64,000 bases of DNA from the NCBI GenBank assembly GCA_965206595.1, contig OZ242214.1:2016001-2080000 (forward strand). The letters run 5' to 3'. The first letter of the stretch is position 1, and the number at the start of each line of letters is the position of its first letter. Source of the DNA: Candidatus Latescibacterota bacterium (GTDB lineage Bacteria > Latescibacterota > UBA2968 > UBA8231). Below are positions 1-9,765 of this stretch, in pieces. Under the pieces are notes generated by a model. That model saw only the letters and a list, made by a program, of their open reading frames with translations. It did no database searches and was not told the origin of the DNA. The translations under genes and the position numbers were made by a program.

Positions 1-617
1 ACCAGGGACCAGGCGACAAATGGGACCACCGCCCCGGCCGCGGCGGCAAGGTGACCCGCCCCTGCCCCTCCGAGCCAGAGCATGATCATCGAGATGACTC
101 CGATGGCGATGGCCGTGCCCAGATCCGGCTGCAGGACGATGAGCACCTGGACCGCGCCAAGAATCAGCAGACGGGGCAGAAGCCCGGTGCGCCAGTCTCC
201 CATCCGCTGCTGATGACGCACCATGACATCGGCCAAGTAGAGAACGAGGGCGAGCTTCACGAATTCGGAAGGTTGAAACGACAGGCGAAACTTCTCCAGG
301 GGAAGGGGAAAGGGCAGCCATCGCGACGCTCCCTTTCCCTGCCCGAAGACCAGAACCAGAACCAGCAGGGCGAGCCCTGCGAGCATCATGGGGCGGGCGG
401 CTCGCTGCCAGATCTTCAGCGGCAGGCGAGACAGGATGAACATGATGCCGAGACCTATGGCCGCCCTGATTATCTGCCTTACCAGGAAGAAGCTGCTGTC
501 GGCGTAACGCGTTTCCGCCAGGACGGAGCTGGAGCTATAGACCATCACCACTCCGAGGCCGACCAAGATAACTGCGATCAGAAGAATCTGGTTGCTTGCG
601 CGCTGTGCGGCATTCAC
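1..617 (-). CDS. ftsW: Cell division protein FtsW (SEDS family), 3'-truncated by the window edge
   Basis: Manual minus-strand translation (absent from the ORF track): VNAAQRASNQILLIAVILVGLGVVMVYSSS...GASRWL...FQPSEFVKLAL...LQPDLGTA, which contains SEDS motifs; dcw context. GTG start at 617 assumed; an in-frame ATG also exists at 791. Confidence 0.9.
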   Translation of the reverse strand, partial: MNAAQRASNQILLIAVILVGLGVVMVYSSSSVLAETRYADSSFFLVRQIIRAAIGLGIMFILSRLPLKIWQRAARPMMLAGLALLVLVLVFGQGKGASRWLPFPLPLEKFRLSFQPSEFVKLALVLYLADVMVRHQQRMGDWRTGLLPRLLILGAVQVLIVLQPDLGTAIAIGVISMIMLWLGGAGAGHLAAAAGAVVPFVAWSL

Positions 618-912
618 GGTCTTGCCGATTCCGTTTCGACCCGCGGGACGTGCGGTCGACGCCGCCTGCGACCCGCGGTCACAACTGCTACAGATCCGCA
701 AGCGGACCTGCGGTCGGAAGAGGGAGAAGCCGCGACCTGCGCTGTCACTGCCGAACTGCGCGGCAGTGCATCCGGGCAGGGCGCGAGTCATTGCGTGGGG
801 GTGCCGGACACCGGGTGAGGAAACCCGGAGGGGCCAGATGAAGCGGGAACTTCACCTGCCCTAACTCGCCCTTGGGCGAAATGACCGCTTTTAAGAGGCC
901 TTGATGTTAAAT

Positions 913-2298
913 TTACAAAGGGTCTGTCTGAAGCGAAACAAGTAACTTCTCGGCGACCTCTTCGAAGGCCGCCACGCGCGATGCCTTGATGAGGACTACA
1001 TCTCCCGGACGAACCTCCGCACAGAGCTGCACGGTGAGCTCGGCCTTGTTTTCAATGTGCCGCGCGTTTTGGAGGCCTTCTTCAAGAGCTCCCAAGTGGG
1101 TAGAGCGGCTGAGCTGCCCGCACGTCAACAGCAACTCGACACCCGCTCTGCTAGCCAGCCTGCCGAGTTCCGCGTGAAGCTCCGGTGCCGAGTCGCCGAG
1201 CTCGAGCATATCGCCTAGTGCAGCGACACGCCTGCCACCGTTCGCCAACTGCATATCACCGAGCAGATCGAGGGCGGCTTTTGCAGACCCGGGATTGGAG
1301 TTGTAACAATCCTTGATGAGGCACGTACCGTTTTTCCATAAAACCTCGGAGCGCATCGAGGCAGGTTCGAATTCGGCGAGAGCGCATTCGATCTCGGGCG
1401 CCGGAACGCCACAGAGATCCCCTACCGCGGCTGCGGCCAGGGCGTTGTATACATTGTGCCTTCCGGGAATCCGGAGGTCAATGCGGATGTTCTGTAGAGA
1501 GAGGTGGCCGCGGCCCTCCTGGTCAAGAACAAGTCCCTCCCCACAAAAATGACTCTCACTATCGAGACTGAAGCCGAGGAGTCTCCCCTTTTTCTTCATG
1601 ACCTCCCTGGCTACGACACAGTCATCGACGTTGACGAGAGCCAATGAAGACTCGTCCCCGATATAATCCAGGAGTTCCCCTTTGGCTTTGGCCACCCCCT
1701 CTACAGTTTCAAAAAACTCGAGATGCGCGGTCCCGATGTTCAGCAGGACCCCGATGGTCGGCTGCGCGACCTCGCAAAGGTAGCGAATATCTCCCGCCTT
1801 GCGCGCCGCCAATTCAACTACAACTGCTTCAACTTCGCCTGTCAAGCCCAAAAGCGTCAACGGCACCCCGACTTCGTTGTTTTCGCTGTTTAGCGTCTTG
1901 AGGACCTTCATGGTACGTCCCAGGACTGCGGCGGTCATCTCCTTGGTCGTCGTCTTGCCGGCGCTTCCCGTGATCGCTACGACGGGAAGGTCGAACCGCC
2001 TGCGGTACTGTTTGGCGATCTCTCCCAGGGCCTTGAGAGTGTTGGCCACTCGCAACACCGGCTGGCCGCCGACACCCTCACAGGAGTCTGCGATGGCGGC
2101 GCAAGCCCCGCGATCGAAGGCCTCCTCGACGAACCGGTTGCCGTCGAAGCTCGGACCGCGCAGGGCGAGGAACGCCTCCCCCTCCTGCAAGGTCCGGGTA
2201 TCGGTACTGATGCCTGTGGGTGCTATGCCATCAGCCCCTTTCCCAACCCATTGCCCGTCGATCCATTGACGGATCTCCCCGGCAGTGACCCCTTCCAT
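913..2298 (-). CDS. murF: UDP-N-acetylmuramoyl-tripeptide--D-alanyl-D-alanine ligase
   Basis: ITGSAGKTTTKE P-loop, DCYNSNP, LGDMLELG and KASR motifs; directly downstream of murE. Confidence 0.95.
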   Translation of the reverse strand: MEGVTAGEIRQWIDGQWVGKGADGIAPTGISTDTRTLQEGEAFLALRGPSFDGNRFVEEAFDRGACAAIADSCEGVGGQPVLRVANTLKALGEIAKQYRRRFDLPVVAITGSAGKTTTKEMTAAVLGRTMKVLKTLNSENNEVGVPLTLLGLTGEVEAVVVELAARKAGDIRYLCEVAQPTIGVLLNIGTAHLEFFETVEGVAKAKGELLDYIGDESSLALVNVDDCVVAREVMKKKGRLLGFSLDSESHFCGEGLVLDQEGRGHLSLQNIRIDLRIPGRHNVYNALAAAAVGDLCGVPAPEIECALAEFEPASMRSEVLWKNGTCLIKDCYNSNPGSAKAALDLLGDMQLANGGRRVAALGDMLELGDSAPELHAELGRLASRAGVELLLTCGQLSRSTHLGALEEGLQNARHIENKAELTVQLCAEVRPGDVVLIKASRVAAFEEVAEKLLVSLQTDPL

Positions 2299-3792
2299 TC
2301 AGCCTCCCCCCCCTCCCGTCCCTCGTTGCCTCAGCCACTCCCGAGCGACGTGGCGATCGTCGAAATCGATTGCGTGATCAGCAAAAACCTGGTGGGTTTC
2401 GTTGCCCTTTCCCGCCAGCACCACCATGTCGCCGTCTTTGGCGACATGCAGCGCCCTGCCGATCGCCTCGCGCCGGTCGGTAAACAGGTGCGCCCTTCCC
2501 GGGGCGCTCATCCCGGCGGCTATATCATCGATTATCCGTTCGGGAGGCTCGCGCCGGGGATTGTCCGAAGTGAGGAAGACCACATCCGCCAACTCGCTCG
2601 CGATTCTCCCCATTTCCGGGCGCTTCCCCCGGTCGCGGTCGCCGCCGCACCCGAAGAGGCACACCAGCTTTTTTCTGGTGAGTTCCCGCGCCGTATTCAG
2701 AACCGTTTCGAGCCCGGCAGGTGTGTGCGCGTAATCGACTATCACCTCGAACGGCTGTCCTTCGTCAATGCGCTCGAAGCGGCCCGGTACGCCTTCGAAC
2801 TCCGCGAGGGCCGCGGCAATCGTATCCGCATCGATACCGAGAGCGAGGCCGCAGGCGACGGCCGCCATGGCATTGGAACAGTTGAAACTCCCCGTCAACC
2901 CGGTGTGGACAGCGATTTTCCCCTGGGGAGTAAGCAGCGAAAGTGAGGTTCTTCCCCGCGCCCCGGAGGCAGACAACAACCGAACATCCGCATCTTCGCC
3001 CTTTCCGAACGTCAGCGCCGAACCATCGAGACTCCGACTCAGACGCCTTCCGCAAGGGTCGTCGAGATTGACCGCGGCGCAAGGCGATGAGTGCGGCTTG
3101 AGGAGATCGAACAGCTTTTTCTTGGCCTCGAAGTACGCCTCTTCGGAACAGTGAAAATCCAGGTGATCTCGGGTCAGGTTGGTGAAAACCGCGGCATCGA
3201 ACCGGATGCCGTCGACACGGCCGAGGGCGAGGGCGTGGGATGAAACCTCGAGTGCCACCGCCGAGCGTCCGGCGTCGACCATGGCGCGCAATTCCCGGTG
3301 CAGTTCGGATGCTTCTGGAGTCGTGTTCGCAAGCGGTTCCATGAAGTCCGAGGCGAGGCTGCCCAGCGTCCCGAGGTAACCGCAGGAACGACCGGAACGA
3401 TCGATGATGGCACGGATCAGCATCGCCGTCGTGGTTTTGCCGTTGGTTCCGGTAACCCCCACGGTGCACAGCTGGCGCGAAGGTTCTCCGTAGAAGCGGG
3501 CGGCGAGTTTCGCCAGGGCCTGGCGGCAGTCGCCGACCTCGATCACGGTAGCGGATCCCGTCCGGGCAGCTCTCTCCACTACCACCGCAGCGGACCCGCG
3601 CGCCACCGCATCTTCGACGTATTCGTGCCGGTCCCTTTCCTCGCCGCCGCTGATGGCTACGAAAAGGCCACCGGGACGCACGGAACGGGAGTCGCAGGCT
3701 ATGCTTCCGATTTCGATACCGACCTCTCCCGTTACCCGGGCATCGGGCAGGACTTCCAGCAAGTAGCCAAGAGAGCTCGTGGAGGTGCTCAT
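2299..3792 (-). CDS. murE: UDP-N-acetylmuramoyl-L-alanyl-D-glutamate--2,6-diaminopimelate ligase
   Basis: GVTGTNGKTTT, EVSSH, NLTRDHLDFH, DYAHTP, GCGGDRD and DNPR (meso-DAP specificity). Start placed at ATG 3792, overlapping the ftsI stop (ATGA). Confidence 0.95.
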   Translation of the reverse strand: MSTSTSSLGYLLEVLPDARVTGEVGIEIGSIACDSRSVRPGGLFVAISGGEERDRHEYVEDAVARGSAAVVVERAARTGSATVIEVGDCRQALAKLAARFYGEPSRQLCTVGVTGTNGKTTTAMLIRAIIDRSGRSCGYLGTLGSLASDFMEPLANTTPEASELHRELRAMVDAGRSAVALEVSSHALALGRVDGIRFDAAVFTNLTRDHLDFHCSEEAYFEAKKKLFDLLKPHSSPCAAVNLDDPCGRRLSRSLDGSALTFGKGEDADVRLLSASGARGRTSLSLLTPQGKIAVHTGLTGSFNCSNAMAAVACGLALGIDADTIAAALAEFEGVPGRFERIDEGQPFEVIVDYAHTPAGLETVLNTARELTRKKLVCLFGCGGDRDRGKRPEMGRIASELADVVFLTSDNPRREPPERIIDDIAAGMSAPGRAHLFTDRREAIGRALHVAKDGDMVVLAGKGNETHQVFADHAIDFDDRHVAREWLRQRGTGGGGG

Positions 3793-5813
3793 TGTGAATA
3801 CGCCAGCGGCCGCTGGGCAAACTTGGCCAGGAGTACGGACTGCCGCACCGGCATGCCGGTCGGGGGAAAGAGGACCTCGCGGGGGTGGCCGAGCGTGCAT
3901 GCGACCCGGTCCGCTACCACGGAACCAGGCGTCGGATCCTGGGAAATGACGGTAGTGCCTTCCCCGGCGAAGTGGACGGCCAGTCCCCTGATGCTCCCGT
4001 GGTAGCGGGCGGTTTCCGGGCTCAATCCCCGCAGGTCGGGAAGCACGGGAGTTGCCCTGGCGGCCAAGGCGGGGGGTTGCCCGCTCTCCGGCGCGCGCGG
4101 CCTCTTGATCCTTCCCTGAAAGTAGACACGCTCCATGACGCGGCGAAAAACCGGGGCTGCAACCCGGCCGCCCCACTTCTCGGTTCGTGGATTGAGCATC
4201 ACGATCAGGCAGAGAAACTCAGGCTGTCGAGCAGGCAGGAACCCGACAAAGGAAACGACGTACTCATCCTTCGCGTACCCCCTGCCTTGTTTGGCAGCCC
4301 GCTGCGCCGTACCGGTTTTGCCCGCCACGTCGACTCCGGGGATCTTCGCCATCCGCCCCGTGCCATCGCGCACGACCTCGGCGAGAATCTCCCTCATGGT
4401 CGACGAGGTCTTCTCCGAGATCACCCGGCGGATCACATTCGGTTTGACGACGGTTCTTCCGCCTCCGCCATCGTCCATCACGCGCAGGATCTGCGGAGCC
4501 ATCAGCTGACCGCCGTTGGCAATGGCTCCGAAGGCCTGCACCATCTGCAGTGCGGTAACCGAAACCTCCTGCCCGATGGCGATAGTTTCGAGGGAGCGAT
4601 CGGACCACTTGCGCGCATTCCTGAGAAGACCGCCGCTTTCGGCAGGCAGACCGAGAGCGGTTCGCGTTCCGAATCCGAAGTTGCGGAGGTATTCGTAAAA
4701 CCTGGGGCGCTGTAGGCGGCGGGCGATCTTCATCATCCCGATGTTGCTCGAATTTACCAGGACTTCACTGGCGGTGAGCCAGCCATGCTTTCCCACGTCC
4801 CGGACAATATCGCCGTTGGTCAGCCTGAACGATCCGTTTTCACAGTAGACGAGGGTATTCGGGATCGCCAGTTCCTCTTCGAAAACCGAGGCAGCGGTTA
4901 TCGCTTTGAAGGTCGAACCCGGTTCAAAGGAATCGGTTATCGCCCGGTTGCGGCGTATTTCGGCTGGAAACTTTCCCGGTGCGTTGGGATTGAAGAGTGG
5001 AACACTGGCCATCGCCAAGATCTCTCCGGTATGGGGCTGCGAGATGATGGCATAGGCACCTTCGGAACGGGTCGAATCGACGGCCCGTGCGAGCTCCTCT
5101 TCGAGGATATCCTGGTATACCGCGTCGATCGTGAGAGTTAGGCTCGAACCGTCCTGCGGTGCCAGCTGTTCTCGATTGTGCACTGAAAGCTGCCGTCCGC
5201 GCCTGTCCACCTTGGTCAGCCTTTTACCGGTAGTCTCCCGAAGGGCGGAATCGTAGGATATCTCCACCCCCTCGCGGCCCTTTTTGTCGATATCGGCAAA
5301 CCCCAACAGCTGGCCGGCCACCGATCCGAACGGGTAATAGCGGCACGTCCCCTTTTGCTCGCGGATGCCCTCGATTCCGGACGGGCGGTATGCGGCTGCC
5401 TCCGTTTCCGGAACCTGTCTGGCTAGATAGACGAACGGCCGCTTACCGTTCAGCTCATCGAGAATCATCTCGGGTTTGCGGCCCGTTTTTGCGGCGAAAT
5501 GACGGGCAACCTCCTGCGGTTGTCGAATCTCGGAAGGGTGGCAGTAGAAGGATGTCGCCGGGACGTCCTGGGCGAGCACTCTCCCTTCACGGTCGAAAAT
5601 GCGCCCTCTGCTGGCGGCGATATCCACCCAGCGGTCGTGCTGCTGCATGGCCTTCTCCGCGTAGCTGTGGTGCTGAACCGCTTGCACCTGCACCAGCCTG
5701 CCGACCAGAAGTGCCCAGAACATCGCCCCGGCAAGAAAAACAAGGCGCAGCCGCGAACGACCTTGGAGCTTTCCCGCTTCCGGTATCCGGCACTCGCCTT
5801 GCCGGTCAGTCAT
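3789..5813 (-). CDS. ftsI: Penicillin-binding protein 3 / FtsI with C-terminal PASTA-like region
   Basis: N-terminal TM, RGRIFDR, EPGSTFK (SxxK), SSN (SxN), KTGTAQ; dcw position. Confidence 0.93.
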   Translation of the reverse strand: MTDRQGECRIPEAGKLQGRSRLRLVFLAGAMFWALLVGRLVQVQAVQHHSYAEKAMQQHDRWVDIAASRGRIFDREGRVLAQDVPATSFYCHPSEIRQPQEVARHFAAKTGRKPEMILDELNGKRPFVYLARQVPETEAAAYRPSGIEGIREQKGTCRYYPFGSVAGQLLGFADIDKKGREGVEISYDSALRETTGKRLTKVDRRGRQLSVHNREQLAPQDGSSLTLTIDAVYQDILEEELARAVDSTRSEGAYAIISQPHTGEILAMASVPLFNPNAPGKFPAEIRRNRAITDSFEPGSTFKAITAASVFEEELAIPNTLVYCENGSFRLTNGDIVRDVGKHGWLTASEVLVNSSNIGMMKIARRLQRPRFYEYLRNFGFGTRTALGLPAESGGLLRNARKWSDRSLETIAIGQEVSVTALQMVQAFGAIANGGQLMAPQILRVMDDGGGGRTVVKPNVIRRVISEKTSSTMREILAEVVRDGTGRMAKIPGVDVAGKTGTAQRAAKQGRGYAKDEYVVSFVGFLPARQPEFLCLIVMLNPRTEKWGGRVAAPVFRRVMERVYFQGRIKRPRAPESGQPPALAARATPVLPDLRGLSPETARYHGSIRGLAVHFAGEGTTVISQDPTPGSVVADRVACTLGHPREVLFPPTGMPVRQSVLLAKFAQRPLAYSQ

Positions 5814-6084
5814 CGCCACTTCCTCCGCCGACCAGCCGATGCACCGGTATCATCCTCAGCTCCGATTCCGCCCGGCGAACAATGACTCCTGGCTTCTTCG
5901 CCCTGACCACCTCCGCCATCAGCCGGATGCGCTCATCCCTGAGGGAGGCGATTTCCGCTTCGGCCCCGTCGATGTCTCCCATCAACTCGGCGACTTCCAC
6001 TTTGCCCCAGACGTACAGGATCGTCAGCGCAACGCCGGCGGCGATCGCGGTCACATAGGCTTTCAGTGTCTGAAACGAATACAT
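5806..6084 (-). CDS. ftsL: Cell division protein FtsL-like
   Basis: About 92 aa, single TM followed by a coiled coil ending RAESELRM; lies between rsmH and ftsI. Confidence 0.75.
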   Translation of the reverse strand: MYSFQTLKAYVTAIAAGVALTILYVWGKVEVAELMGDIDGAEAEIASLRDERIRLMAEVVRAKKPGVIVRRAESELRMIPVHRLVGGGSGDD

Positions 6085-6112
6085 GGCTCCGTTCCCGTTG
6101 CCGGTGTGCGGC

Positions 6113-7039
6113 CTAGACGGGCAGCTTTTCGAATACCCGCAGTCCGGCGCTGCGAGCACGGGGATTTGCGGCTGTTTCCTCGGCGGTCGCCGTTCGCCTC
6201 CGGTGGACCGAGCGGAACGACGGTTTGCCCCCGCACCTGCAGACAGGAATCCGCGGGGGACAGGTGCAGCCCTTTATCCTCGCGGCGAGCGCTGACTTCA
6301 CGAGTCTGTCCTCCAGGGAGTGGTAGGAAATTACCGCCAATCGGCCTTTGCACGTCAGCATTTCCATGGCGGAACTCAGCCCCGATTCCAGCGCTTTCAA
6401 CTCGTCGTTGACGGCGATGCGCAGGGCCTGAAACACCCGAGCCAGCGTCTTGTTCCGCATCTGCGGATGCGTGGATTCGACCGCGGCCCGCAGGTCGCCG
6501 GTCGATCTCATTCCATTGCAGTCTCTTCGGATGCAGATTGCCCGGGCGATCCGGCGCGCGCCGCGCTCTTCGCCGTAGCGCCTGATCAAATCGGACAGGT
6601 TGGCTTCCGAGACCTCCGCCAGCAGATCGCCCGCATGGACCCCGGCGCCGCGGTCCATGCGCATGTCGAGGGGACCGGTCTCCCGGTAGCTGAAACCGCG
6701 GCCAGATTCGTCGATCTGGTGCGAGGATACTCCCAGATCGAACAGAAGCCCGGAGACGGCAGTCGCCTCTGCAGTCTCCTCCAGCAGGATCGGCAGGTCG
6801 CGGAAATTGCCTTGATGGACCACCATGCGGCCTGAAAACTCCCCGGCAATCTGCCGCAGACGGGCGATCGCCTCCGGATCGCGGTCTATCGCGATGAGCC
6901 GGCCATCCTGGGCAAGTCGCCCAAGGATCGCGCGGCTGTGTCCCCCACCTCCGGCTGTAGCGTCGACATACACCCCTGCAGGGTCGTTGACGAGGCCGGC
7001 GACGACCTCCCTCACCATGACCGGCCGGTGGTATTCCAT
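6113..7039 (-). CDS. rsmH: 16S rRNA m4C1402 methyltransferase
   Basis: HRPVM, DATAGGGGHS, DLGVSSHQ, PLDMRMD, FQALRIAVNDEL, SYHSLEDR, NPRARSA. Confidence 0.96.
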   Translation of the reverse strand: MEYHRPVMVREVVAGLVNDPAGVYVDATAGGGGHSRAILGRLAQDGRLIAIDRDPEAIARLRQIAGEFSGRMVVHQGNFRDLPILLEETAEATAVSGLLFDLGVSSHQIDESGRGFSYRETGPLDMRMDRGAGVHAGDLLAEVSEANLSDLIRRYGEERGARRIARAICIRRDCNGMRSTGDLRAAVESTHPQMRNKTLARVFQALRIAVNDELKALESGLSSAMEMLTCKGRLAVISYHSLEDRLVKSALAARIKGCTCPPRIPVCRCGGKPSFRSVHRRRTATAEETAANPRARSAGLRVFEKLPV

Positions 7040-7072
7040 TGCGTCGATCCGTTTGCTTCAGGGTTCGGTAAC

Positions 7073-7516
7073 TCAAAGCCGCAAGCCTTCCGCGGATTGG
7101 GTTAGTCCCGCCTGGGCAGGCGCCAGGTAGGAATTCCAGGCTTCCGGCTCCCAGAACTCGAGCTTTCTCCCGGCTCCTGCGATTACCATCCGTTCGGAAA
7201 TGCCTGCACGATCGAGCAGTTTTTTCGGAAGGGTGGCCCTCCCTTGCCGGTCGAGCCTCACCTCCGCTGCCTGCGAGAAAACCACGCGGTAGTACTGGCG
7301 GGCATTCTGATCGGTATGGGGCAGATCGGCTATTTTCGTGGCGATCTCGCTCCAGGCTTGATGTGGGTGGGCGTTGAGACAGCCATCCAACCCCCGTGTC
7401 ACTACCAGAGTGTCGCCATCTTCGGGAAGCAGCTTGCGTCGCAACTCCGCCGGGAGAAAGATGCGGCTCTTGTCGTCGACCGGTACGTCGTATTCCCCGA
7501 GAAAAAACTGAGCCAC
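7073..7516 (-). CDS. mraZ: Division/cell wall cluster transcriptional repressor MraZ
   Basis: Two DxxxR SpoVT/AbrB repeats (VDDKSRIFLP, LDRQGRATLP); first gene of the dcw cluster. Confidence 0.95.
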   Translation of the reverse strand: MAQFFLGEYDVPVDDKSRIFLPAELRRKLLPEDGDTLVVTRGLDGCLNAHPHQAWSEIATKIADLPHTDQNARQYYRVVFSQAAEVRLDRQGRATLPKKLLDRAGISERMVIAGAGRKLEFWEPEAWNSYLAPAQAGLTQSAEGLRL

Positions 7517-7553
7517 TGGCCTCCACCTTCTGCGAACCGCTTTCTCTTCCCCC

Positions 7554-7622
7554 CACCATCCACCTTTTTACACCACTTTACACCCCAGAGATAGTATACG
7601 GTTCCCCAGAAAGGGATGTCAA
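7554..7622 (-). promoter_or_regulatory. dcw promoter (sigma70-type) with putative MraZ operator repeats
   Basis: Minus strand TTGACA (7622-7617), 18-bp spacer, TATACT (7598-7593). Downstream GGTG boxes repeat with 10-bp period (CACC at 7561, 7571 and 7581 on +), resembling known MraZ GTGG-type direct repeats. Confidence 0.75.
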
Positions 7623-7727
7623 GGCAAATATCCGGTCTCCGCCTTGGGGACGAATGCCGATTCTGCCCCGCCACTTCCTTAAGCAACTGGTATCTATGGA
7701 TGAGGAGAATGCGGGTGGAATTCCCGC

Positions 7728-8327
7728 TCAGGCCAGCTCTACAACCTGCCGATTGATGACCATGCCCCGGGCCTGGTACTTCTCTTCGTAGTTGGTGGGA
7801 ACCCCTTCCCACTCCGCTTCGACCGCCCGCAGCCGCGGGAACTTCCCCAGTACCTCGAGCATGACCTCGAAGTACTCTACATGGTCGGTAGCCATCCACA
7901 GCCGGCCTCCAGGGATCAGGGTGCGCTCGATTTCGGCGATGAATTCGCTGTTGATCAGGCGGCGCTTGTGGTGGCGGTTCTTCGGCCAGGGGTCGGGGAA
8001 ATAGATGTGGTAGGCCTTGATGGAGTCGGCAGGCAGGAAGAATTCGACGAACTCCCGTGCATCTGCCCGCGCCAGCCTCACATTTCTCAGCTGGCGTCTG
8101 AGACATCGCTGGTGGGCGATCCTCAGGTACTTGCTCGCCCACTCGACGCCGAAATAGTTCGTGTTTTCGTTGCACTGGGCGGCATCGATCAGAAAGCGCC
8201 CCTTTCCGATTCCCAATTCGACCTCTACATCATTGGCATTGCCGAACAGGTACTCGAAGTCGAGGACGGGGTCGCCTTCGCACCGCTCCTCGAGAGCGAG
8301 AATCAGGTTTTCGACTTGCCGGGTCAT
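7728..8327 (-). CDS. trmB: tRNA (guanine-N7)-methyltransferase
   Basis: ELGIGKGRF SAM motif, FPDPWPKNRHHKRRL, ATD, TNYE. Confidence 0.93.
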   Translation of the reverse strand: MTRQVENLILALEERCEGDPVLDFEYLFGNANDVEVELGIGKGRFLIDAAQCNENTNYFGVEWASKYLRIAHQRCLRRQLRNVRLARADAREFVEFFLPADSIKAYHIYFPDPWPKNRHHKRRLINSEFIAEIERTLIPGGRLWMATDHVEYFEVMLEVLGKFPRLRAVEAEWEGVPTNYEEKYQARGMVINRQVVELA

Positions 8328-8439
8328 CTTGCCCCATCTGACAGGCGGGGGTTACCCTGACCACCATCGGAAACAGCACGGACGCCCCCCTGCATGCCAC
8401 GAGCAGCGCCCGGATGATGGTTCCTGCTCCAGTCGCCTG

Positions 8440-9627
8440 TTATCCCGCCGCTTCGTGCGAGGGCAGGCCGCAGAACTGATCGTAGTCGATCAGCTCGGAA
8501 ATCGAGGGGTTCTCCCCGCATACCGGGCACTCGAGATCGCGGCGGAGCTTGAGCTCGCGGAAGGTCATGTCCAGGGCGTCGTAGAGCACGAGCCGGCCGA
8601 CCAGGGAGGACCCCTTGCCGATTATGAGCTTGACGACCTCGGTCGCCTGGATCACCCCGACGATCCCCGGCAACACTCCGAGCACACCTCCTTCGGCGCA
8701 GCTGGGAACCTCGCCGGGAGGGGGAGGTTCCGGATACTGGCAGCGGTAGCAGGGTCCCCCTGCGGCCGGGTTGTACACGGTCGCCTGTCCTTCGAAACGG
8801 AAGATGCTGCCGTCGACCACCGGCCTGCCCACAAGCACGGCGGCGTCGTTCACGAGATACCGCGTCGGGAAATTGTCGCATCCGTTGACTATGATGTCGT
8901 ACTGCGGCAGGATCTCCATGGCGTTGTCCGAGGTCAGCAGCTCGTTGTGGGCACGGATCTCCACTCCCGGGTTGAGGTCGAGGAGGCGTTGTTTGGCCGC
9001 CTCGACCTTCGGCTGCCCGACCATCGATTCCCCGAACAGCACCTGGCGCTGCAGATTGCTCTTGTCAACGACGTCGGCATCAACGAGGCCGATGGTGCCG
9101 ACCCCGGCGGCGGCAAGGTAGAGCCCTGTGGGACATCCGAGTCCTCCTGCTCCAATCAACAGCACCTTGGCTTTAAGCAACTCCTGCTGCCCCTGCTCCC
9201 CCACCTCGGGCAGCAGGATGTGACGGGAGTAGCGCTGGAGATCTTCCGCAGACAGGAGCCCGTTCTGCTCGATTCCGTAGCCGGCGTCTTTCCAGCCTTT
9301 GATGCCGCCGATCATCGAGCTGACGTTGGCGTAACCCATCTCTTCCAGATCACGGGCGGCCAAGGCCGATCGATTGCCGCCGGCGCAGTAGAGTACGATG
9401 CTCGCATCCCTGTCCATGGTGACATCCTCCTCGATGTTGAGCTCGAGGAATCCCCTGGGGATCAAATTGGCACCCGGGATGTATCCATCCAGGACCTCGT
9501 CCCGCTCGCGAACGTCGATGAGGTGCCGAGCCTCCCCGGACTGCAATCCGCGATGCACCGACTCGGGGCTGGCTTCGGTAATATGCCGCTTTATCCTGTC
9601 GAGCAGCTGACTCGAAGTGACAGACAT
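8440..9627 (-). CDS. moeZ: Rhodanese-ThiF/MoeB fusion (MoeZ-type sulfur-carrier adenylyltransferase)
   Basis: N-terminal rhodanese (DVRE...YCAGGNRS), then RYSRH, GAGGLG, SNLQRQ, PCYRC...SCAEGGVLG, CPVC. Confidence 0.88.
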   Translation of the reverse strand: MSVTSSQLLDRIKRHITEASPESVHRGLQSGEARHLIDVRERDEVLDGYIPGANLIPRGFLELNIEEDVTMDRDASIVLYCAGGNRSALAARDLEEMGYANVSSMIGGIKGWKDAGYGIEQNGLLSAEDLQRYSRHILLPEVGEQGQQELLKAKVLLIGAGGLGCPTGLYLAAAGVGTIGLVDADVVDKSNLQRQVLFGESMVGQPKVEAAKQRLLDLNPGVEIRAHNELLTSDNAMEILPQYDIIVNGCDNFPTRYLVNDAAVLVGRPVVDGSIFRFEGQATVYNPAAGGPCYRCQYPEPPPPGEVPSCAEGGVLGVLPGIVGVIQATEVVKLIIGKGSSLVGRLVLYDALDMTFRELKLRRDLECPVCGENPSISELIDYDQFCGLPSHEAAG

Positions 9628-9765
9628 TTTTTAACTCCTGATTGGGATTTCGTTTGGGGATATGGACTGTAATTCTGAGTTTTCATCTGCAATCATGTCG
9701 GATAATTATCTATAGCGTGTTCCCACCACGTGCAACCCCGCGGTCCGGTCGGTGCTGGTCTCGAC

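Noticed and set aside
51-818. 255-aa plus-strand ORF
   Set aside because: Antisense to ftsW, which the ORF track missed because it runs off the window edge.
3793-4176. N-terminal extension of murE in the ORF track (similar extensions for ssb, mrp, mlaF, folA and the threonine synthase-like gene)
   Set aside because: The extensions overlap upstream genes or regulatory DNA; downstream starts with an RBS or stop-start coupling fit the family lengths better.
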